From: Cyanobacteria bacterium P01_A01_bin.123 | GTDB lineage: Bacteria > Cyanobacteriota > Cyanobacteriia > Phormidesmidales > Phormidesmidaceae | Assembly: GCA_039815185.1 (NCBI GenBank) | Contig: JBCBZT010000105.1 | Span: 1-10,956 of the forward strand | Length of the DNA: 10,956 bases | Direction: 5' to 3' | In this document: one piece after another, positions 5,776 through 10,956 of the stretch | How positions within the stretch are numbered: the first letter of the stretch is position 1 | Layout of the letters: every line of letters starts with the position of its first letter | Position numbers and translations under genes: made by a program | The notes under the pieces: model-generated | Told to the model about the DNA's origin: nothing | Database searches by the model: none | The model's input: only the letters and a program-made list of their open reading frames with translations

Positions 5776-7299
5776 TCAGGTCAGATATAGGCCATACATA
5801 ACGCGAGCCAGATCACGACGGCTGAGGGATTCTGAGTCGACCGGGGTTTGAGCAAAGACCAGATCGACGGCGGTGGGGGCAATGCGCTGTAGGATTTGGT
5901 AGCACTGGTGGCGGTTGAGGACACGGCTGGGTAAAAATTCTTTGGGTGTGTTGCCTTGCATCCAACCGTTGGCATAGGCGGTTTCAACGGCTGTGTAGGC
6001 CCAGTGGTGGTGGGTTACGTCTGCAAAGGTGGCGGTTTTGGGGTTGAGGTGATCGCCGTCCCAAAAATTCACCAGGGCTGTGGCTAACACAGCACGACTG
6101 ACTAGATTTTCGGGACGGAAGTGCAAATCGCGATCGCTGGCGGTACGCACAATACATTTTATGGCCATGAACTGGATGGCTTCAAAATCAGGGTCGTTGT
6201 GGCTCACGTCATCAAACCAATAGAGGGGAACGCCGTGGCGGACTAGCTGCCGCTGAAGACGATGAATGGCACTGGCATCTTGGCCAAAATCAAGCAAGTC
6301 TATATTTTGATCGATCGCGATCGCGGCTAGATGTCCTGCAGCTTCTCCCCAAGCCCACTGGATCGGTTGGTATTGGCCTAGACCCGTGAGGCCCTCGGTG
6401 ATGCCTAACGTTGCTGGGGATAAAATTAGCCCTTCGATCTGCGGGGTGATCAAAGCGCCTAGGGGCAAAGTAAACGGGAGGGGATGTTCACTGCTGGAGA
6501 AGAGCGCTTTGAGTAGATTTTGCAGGGCATTGCCTGTCGACTGACCTGGCGATCGCTGCAGCCCTAAATCGTCAACGTAGGCAATGCCGACGCTGTGGGC
6601 AAATAAGGTGCCCCGTGCCTGCCGTGACAATAAGGAAGATTGGGCTAAATGAAAGGGGTTTAGTGGGGTGATGCATTGGGTTTTGGACGACAATTGGGCT
6701 AGTTTGGGTAGGCCCGCAGCAGGGGTACCATCTAGGGTCAGTTTGCTGTGAACCGTGAAGCGAGCTTTAGTTTTGGTATTGCGAAAAATCACCTGCACGA
6801 GATGCTGAGGCTTGCCGTGGGATGCGGCAGTCAACACCATGACCGGAACTGCATTAGGAATCAGCATTAACTTGCCGCTGTTGAGATAGGGCAGCAAAGC
6901 TTCGTTAAGGGCTGTGGCAAGCGCAACGGTGAGGGGTTTGGCAATTGCCTTGGATTGAGTTTGTAATCTTTGAGCCAGGCTCCGGTGGCGATCGCGCAAC
7001 TGTTTGTAACGACGAGAAATGGCAAAGTCTTCGCCGGTAATCTGCTTCCAAAAGCTGGGGCGTTTAATCAGCCGATTATCATCGGCCGTTAGATTTGCTT
7101 GGGTAACCCACGGCTTTGCCACAATTTTTGAGGACTGCACCAGGCATACACTAGCTCCCGCCTGCAACGCACTTAAGGTCGCTGCATAGGCGGCTACCGA
7201 TTCTCCCACCACGAGAAAGTGACAGAAGACTGTCTCCCGGTGATTGGGACGAGTAAACGCGGCTTTTTCCAACAGACCGTTGTGCTGCTGAATCTGCAT
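5776..7299 (-). CDS. Divergent FAD-dependent oxidoreductase-like protein with C-terminal S-layer homology (SLH)-like repeats
   Basis: N-terminal Rossmann-like strand-helix FLVVGESVAAYAATLSALQAGASVCLV; TLDGT; SVGI; LPFTLPLGALI; QPIQWAWGEAAG.LAA; LQRQLV..GVPLYWFDDV. SLH-like segments FRPENLVSRA and FADV..HHWAY.AVE......WMQG....F.P...L.R. ATG at 7299 preferred (track start 7311 is TTG). Confidence 0.75.
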   Translation of the reverse strand: MQIQQHNGLLEKAAFTRPNHRETVFCHFLVVGESVAAYAATLSALQAGASVCLVQSSKIVAKPWVTQANLTADDNRLIKRPSFWKQITGEDFAISRRYKQLRDRHRSLAQRLQTQSKAIAKPLTVALATALNEALLPYLNSGKLMLIPNAVPVMVLTAASHGKPQHLVQVIFRNTKTKARFTVHSKLTLDGTPAAGLPKLAQLSSKTQCITPLNPFHLAQSSLLSRQARGTLFAHSVGIAYVDDLGLQRSPGQSTGNALQNLLKALFSSSEHPLPFTLPLGALITPQIEGLILSPATLGITEGLTGLGQYQPIQWAWGEAAGHLAAIAIDQNIDLLDFGQDASAIHRLQRQLVRHGVPLYWFDDVSHNDPDFEAIQFMAIKCIVRTASDRDLHFRPENLVSRAVLATALVNFWDGDHLNPKTATFADVTHHHWAYTAVETAYANGWMQGNTPKEFLPSRVLNRHQCYQILQRIAPTAVDLVFAQTPVDSESLSRRDLARVMYGLYLT

Positions 7300-7440
7300 G
7301 GGCAATGGCAAAAAAAGGGGCGCTGCCGTGCATTCTATCGTTTTCCACTGTGAATCTTTTGAGAATCCCTGGATTCGTTCGATTTATGTGAAGATCAAGG
7401 AAATCTATTGAATTAAGTGGACTGACAACAGTCTTTGCTG

Positions 7441-7869
7441 ATGGAAACTTTTAATCTCTTGCTTTGGATCGGCGTTATTGGGGGGCTGTTTGCCTTTGCG
7501 ACCTGGGCCATGATTACGGCCTATGTCCGACCACCCAAGCAAGCGATCGCGTTTTTGGCCCCGATCGAGGCCCTTACTCTGCCCCTTAGCGGGGATGCTC
7601 ATCAAGCATTCCAAGCAGGATGTGAAGCTTTTCGCGGGCGGCAATATCGCAACGCCATCGACGACTTCACGACCGCGATCGCCCAAGCACCCGACTGCGG
7701 AGAAGCCTACCACAACCGAGGCCGAGTCCAAGCCAATCTAAAACAGGACAACTTAGCGGTCAAAGATTTGCTCGATGCGGGCGATCGCTACGATCAGCAA
7801 GGGACTAAAGCTGCCTTAGATCAGGTCAAGCAGGATTTAGAGCTGATTGCTAGCAGATCGAGAAAGTAA
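7441..7869 (+). CDS. Membrane-anchored TPR protein
   Basis: N-terminal hydrophobic helix LLLWIGVIGGLFAFATWAMI; TPRs AFQAGCEAFRGRQYRNAIDDFTTAIAQAP and GEAYHNRGRVQANLKQDNLAVKDLLDA. ATG at 7441. Confidence 0.85.
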   Translation: METFNLLLWIGVIGGLFAFATWAMITAYVRPPKQAIAFLAPIEALTLPLSGDAHQAFQAGCEAFRGRQYRNAIDDFTTAIAQAPDCGEAYHNRGRVQANLKQDNLAVKDLLDAGDRYDQQGTKAALDQVKQDLELIASRSRK

Positions 7870-8061
7870 AGGCGGAACTTGCAGCTAACCGCCCCATCGA
7901 TAAGAATGGAAAGGGGAAACAGAAGACAACTGTCGTATGATTAACCAGGAGCTTTCTAATTCCCCTAGGTTGGTGGATTCAGGCAAAATAGCCTTTTCCT
8001 GATTTGGGCTGACTGTGAGTCCCAAAATCTACGCTAAAAACAAGCAAACTTGAGAGTGATT

Positions 8062-8535
8062 ATGCTGAACCAAGCAATTGCCAAGCTACAAGAAATTTTC
8101 CCTGCCCCTGAGGTTCACGCTCACTGCGATGGCCCCTGTGGTGTATATGATCCCTCTGCTGCCAGAATCACGGCTGAAGCAGTGCTCTCGATGACCAAGA
8201 AAATCCTGGCACTAGAAGCACCTAATGCTAGCGACAAAGCGGCTTATATCGCTTACGAAAATACGCTGTCTCGATACATCGCTATCAAGGAAGAGCAGGC
8301 TCAGAAAACTAAAGACGATCTGCTGATCCTTTGGACGGACTACTTCAAGCCCGTGCACCTTGAGAAGTACCCCGATTTGCACGACACCTTTTGGAAGGCT
8401 GCGAAGCTTTGCTCGGCGTGTAAGGTTGAAGTTAGCGTTGAGCATTCCCAAGAACTGATGGCTGCGGTGCAAAAGATCCACACCATGTTCTGGGCAACCA
8501 AAGAACGTGATGTGGCTTGGTATACCGCTAGCTAG
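8062..8535 (+). CDS. sodN: Nickel superoxide dismutase precursor
   Basis: Ni-hook HCDGPCGVYDP begins at 8122 after a leader ending EVHA; IKEEQA, ILWTDYFKP.HLEKYPDLH, SACK and MFWATK. ATG at 8062 preceded by GAGAG. Confidence 0.98.
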   Translation: MLNQAIAKLQEIFPAPEVHAHCDGPCGVYDPSAARITAEAVLSMTKKILALEAPNASDKAAYIAYENTLSRYIAIKEEQAQKTKDDLLILWTDYFKPVHLEKYPDLHDTFWKAAKLCSACKVEVSVEHSQELMAAVQKIHTMFWATKERDVAWYTAS

Positions 8536-8590
8536 TGAGCTGTCGATTTCCCCTTTGGCGGTTTGCTTGAGGGATAATTTTGAATCTAAT

Positions 8591-8630
8591 GGAGGTAGGG
8601 ATCTAGGTTTAGGTCTCTACCTTTGTTATT
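8591..8630 (+). terminator. Stem-loop after sodN (terminator or 3'-stabilising hairpin)
   Basis: AGGTAGGGATCTA (8593-8605), GGTT loop, TAGGTCTCTACCT (8610-8622): 13 bp including 2 G-U pairs, followed by TTGTTATT. Confidence 0.7.
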
Positions 8631-8672
8631 AATTAGGCTTTGTTATTAATTAGGGCTTTGTTAGTGATTAGG
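8621..8672 (+). repeat. Three tandem 17-nt repeats between sodN and sodX
   Basis: CTTTGTTATTAATTAGG (8621-8637), identical copy (8638-8654), CTTTGTTAGTGATTAGG (8656-8672). Confidence 0.9.
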
Positions 8673-8683
8673 GAGATGGATGG

Positions 8684-9085
8684 ATGAAATGGCAGCTGAG
8701 GCATAAGCACTTGGGGGATTTATTGTTGTTCCTCATCCGCCGTCGCCAGCGATTTCGGATAACCGGGACTTCCATGCTGCCGTTGCTGAAACCAGGCGAA
8801 GAAGTGCTGGTCGCGCCCGTCCAATGGCGGAGAAATCAGCAGGATGGTATCGCCCCCACTGGCCAGTCTTCGGGCATCACCTTAGATACGGGCGATCTGG
8901 TTGTAGCCTGTCACCCCTTCCGACCCAACTTACGACTAATTAAACGGGTGATTGCCGTGCGCGATGACCAGACTTATTTGTTGATGGGGGATAATCCAGA
9001 AGCGGGGGCAAGCACTGACAGCCGCAGCTTTGGCGCAGTCCCTCCTTCCCACATCTTGGGCAAAGTCATCTGTCGATTTCCCTAA
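8684..9085 (+). CDS. sodX: Nickel-type SOD maturation protease (peptidase S26-like)
   Basis: ITGTSMLPLL.PG (catalytic Ser), GDLVVACHP, LIKRV (catalytic Lys), GDNP...STDSRSFG.V; immediately downstream of sodN. Confidence 0.95.
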   Translation: MKWQLRHKHLGDLLLFLIRRRQRFRITGTSMLPLLKPGEEVLVAPVQWRRNQQDGIAPTGQSSGITLDTGDLVVACHPFRPNLRLIKRVIAVRDDQTYLLMGDNPEAGASTDSRSFGAVPPSHILGKVICRFP

Positions 9086-9089
9086 CCCT

Positions 9090-9590
9090 ATGATCCAGTC
9101 TCAATCCCGCCCCCCCGTTGATATTCAACCTGCAACGCCAGCAGACGTGCCGACTTTATTCGCGCTGGTACAAGCCTTAGCGGACTATGAAAAACTAGCC
9201 CATGAAGTGACCGGGACACCCGCAGCCCTGCATCAAAATCTATTTGGCGATCGCCCCTATGCCGAAGCTATTCTGGCCCGCATTGAAGGCGAAGTGGCTG
9301 GGTTTGCCTTGTTTTTCCACAACTTCTCTACATTTTTGATGCAGCCCGGTCTTTATCTAGAGGATCTGTTTGTCCTCCCGGACTTTCGCCGATATGGGGT
9401 CGGCACAGCGTTGCTGACCCACTTAGCCGAGTTGGCCTTAGCGCGGGGATGTGGTCGGTTTGAATGGAGCGTACTGGATTGGAATCAACCGGCGATCGCG
9501 TTTTATCAGCGTATGGGAGCTGAGATTAAGTCGGAATGGCAGGTGTGTCGCGTGAGTGGTGAAGCCTTAACCCAGTTCGGCCAGCATTAA
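9090..9590 (+). CDS. GNAT N-acetyltransferase, spermidine/spermine acetyltransferase (SSAT)-like
   Basis: LADYEKL, GFALFFHNFSTF..PGLYLEDLFV.P.FRRYGVG..LL, GCGRFEWSVLDWNQPAIAFY. ATG at 9090, 4 nt after the sodX stop, preferred over TTG 9030, which lies inside sodX. Confidence 0.92.
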   Translation: MIQSQSRPPVDIQPATPADVPTLFALVQALADYEKLAHEVTGTPAALHQNLFGDRPYAEAILARIEGEVAGFALFFHNFSTFLMQPGLYLEDLFVLPDFRRYGVGTALLTHLAELALARGCGRFEWSVLDWNQPAIAFYQRMGAEIKSEWQVCRVSGEALTQFGQH

Positions 9591-10956
9591 GACAAATTCA
9601 ATGCATCCACATCAATGGTGAGGCTGACCCCTTTAGGGCAGCGATCGCGCAGTTGGGTCAAATCGGGCAGTCGGTCCGCAATCTGTTCAGGATTTTGCGC
9701 TGGCGTTTGCGGGAGCTTGAGCAAAATATGCCAGCGATATCGCTGCGCAACACGCAAATTGGGGGCGGGGGCGGGCCCCAGCAGATCGTAGGTCAACCGT
9801 GAATTCTGATTGAGTAGCTGGGTAAGATCAGCGGCGATCGCAGTGGCGGTTTGCTCCACCCGAGCCGCCTCTAGACCGCTAAAGCGCAACAGCACGATCT
9901 GTCCCCAGGGCGGATAGGCTAACGCCTGTCGCTGCTCCAGTTCTTCAGCCACAAACTTAGCGTAGTCTTGCTGTTTGAGCGCTTCAATGACCGGATGATC
10001 AGGGGTATAAGTTTGCATAATTACCTGCCCTGGGTGATCACCCCGCCCCGCTCGTCCAGCAACTTGAGTCAGCGTTTGATAAGCCCGCTCACTCGCCCAG
10101 TAGTCATTCATGTATAGCAAGCCATCAGCAGCCAAGATGCCCACTACCGTCACTTGGGGTAAGTCCAACCCTTTAGTCAACATTTGGGTGCCCACGAGTA
10201 AATCAGCCTCCCCCCGGGCAAAGCGATCAATCAACGCCCGATGGGCCCCCTTAGTTCGCGTCGTGTCGCTATCAAACCGAATACAGCGCAAATCAGGAAA
10301 CTGGTCTGCCAGCTCATTCACCACCCGTTGAGTGCCGCTACCAAAATGTTTGAGATAGGGGGAGCCACAAGCTGGACAGTGCAACGGCTGCGCTTGACCA
10401 TAGCCACAGTAATGACAGCGTAGCGTCGGCATCGCAGCCGCGTAGGGCTTGTGATGCGACAGCGACACATCACAGTGAGGGCAGTCCATCACATGGCCAC
10501 AGCTACGACAAGACACAAAACTACTGTGCCCCCGCCGATGAATAAACAGCAACCCCTGATTACCCGACGCTTTCATCTCCATCAAAGCAGCACTCAACCG
10601 CCGACTAAAAATCGATCGATTCCCCCCATGCAGCTCCTGCCGCATATCCACCACTTGAATCACAGGCATTGGCCGAGCATTGATCCGATCTGGTAGAGAA
10701 AGGTAGAAATTTTGGACAGCAGCCCCAGCGCTAGGGGATTTTGAATTTTGAACAGCACTCTGTGCCGCTGCGCTAGAGGATTTTGAATTTTGGGGATTGA
10801 TAGCCAGCTTGGCAGCAGATTGCAAATCTATTGCAGTGGGCACACGCCGTGACGCCCCTACAGTATTTCCATCTTCCTGACTCCCCATCTCCCCATCTCC
10901 CCATCTCCCCATCTCCCCATCTCCTCCCTCCCGACTCCAAATCCAACTCTCCAACG
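9587..10956 (-). CDS. priA: Primosomal protein N' (replication restart helicase), 3' part; 5' end outside the window
   Basis: Enters the window at ..LESW (end of the SATPSLESW motif); VVDMR.EL, LFIHRRG; four CxxC pairs (CRSC, CPHC, CHYC, CPAC); GSGTQR, RFDSDTT, VGTQMLTKGLD, QVAGRAGRG, QTY.P.HP, YPP, LGPAPA and IDVD. Confidence 0.97.
   Translation of the reverse strand, partial: LESWIWSREGGDGEMGRWGDGEMGSQEDGNTVGASRRVPTAIDLQSAAKLAINPQNSKSSSAAAQSAVQNSKSPSAGAAVQNFYLSLPDRINARPMPVIQVVDMRQELHGGNRSIFSRRLSAALMEMKASGNQGLLFIHRRGHSSFVSCRSCGHVMDCPHCDVSLSHHKPYAAAMPTLRCHYCGYGQAQPLHCPACGSPYLKHFGSGTQRVVNELADQFPDLRCIRFDSDTTRTKGAHRALIDRFARGEADLLVGTQMLTKGLDLPQVTVVGILAADGLLYMNDYWASERAYQTLTQVAGRAGRGDHPGQVIMQTYTPDHPVIEALKQQDYAKFVAEELEQRQALAYPPWGQIVLLRFSGLEAARVEQTATAIAADLTQLLNQNSRLTYDLLGPAPAPNLRVAQRYRWHILLKLPQTPAQNPEQIADRLPDLTQLRDRCPKGVSLTIDVDALNLS
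10836..10861 (-). repeat. GTAG-type REP-like imperfect palindrome inside priA
   Basis: Minus strand GTAGGGGCGTCACGGCGTGTGCCCAC resembles the cyanobacterial GTAGGGGCG...CGCCCCTAC repeat; translated as VGASRRVP(T). Confidence 0.65.
10881..10924 (+). repeat. Perfect octamer tandem repeat (CTCCCCAT)x5.5 inside priA
   Basis: Five exact copies at 10881-10920 plus CTCC; encodes GDGEMGRWGDGEMG. Confidence 0.97.

Larger units (their letters stand above)
267..9841. repeat. HIP1 (GCGATCGC) dispersed palindromes, about 21 copies
   Basis: Counted by eye at 267, 445, 753, 778, 1261, 1408, 1507, 1693, 3453, 3664, 6130, 6317, 6549, 6988, 7543, 7675, 7781, 9247, 9492, 9641 and 9834. Confidence 0.9.

Noticed and set aside
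7349..7400. TGTGA half-sites as a CRP/SyCRP1 box in the divergent promoter
   Set aside because: No TCACA-like partner 6 nt downstream of either half-site.
8621..8672. 17-nt repeats as CRISPR repeats or iterons
   Set aside because: Head-to-tail with no spacers, and no cas or rep gene.
10705..10940. PriA insertion as an intein
   Set aside because: No N-terminal Cys/Ser splicing block or C-terminal His-Asn; low complexity and too short.
10952..10954. TTG at 10954 as the priA start
   Set aside because: It is the Leu of the internal SATPSLESW motif; the gene begins beyond the right edge.

Overview
Cyanobacterial chromosomal window. About 21 HIP1 GCGATCGC sites, short tandem repeats and a sodN-sodX pair suggest a filamentous, probably Leptolyngbya/Nodosilinea-like organism (inference). 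The left edge (1-135, minus strand) is the 5' end of a group IIC-type intron. It is inserted inside a TPR gene exactly at the AERGRARAFV motif that normally precedes a CHAT protease domain, so the 583-aa track ORF reads through into intron RNA. Next come a small exported protein made of 15-aa repeats (behind an 11-bp-phased box array and followed by a terminator) and a DUF2811 gene, whose upstream region has an HLR1/RpaB-like site and a cluster of DnaA-box-like 9-mers. These are followed by a c-type heme DUF3365-HAMP membrane protein with no output domain, a ligase-associated beta-CASP exonuclease coupled to a degenerate FAD-oxidoreductase/SLH gene, a membrane TPR protein, sodN-sodX-GNAT, and the 3' part of priA with a repeat-built in-frame insertion. 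All calls come from reading motifs by eye; no database searches were run.
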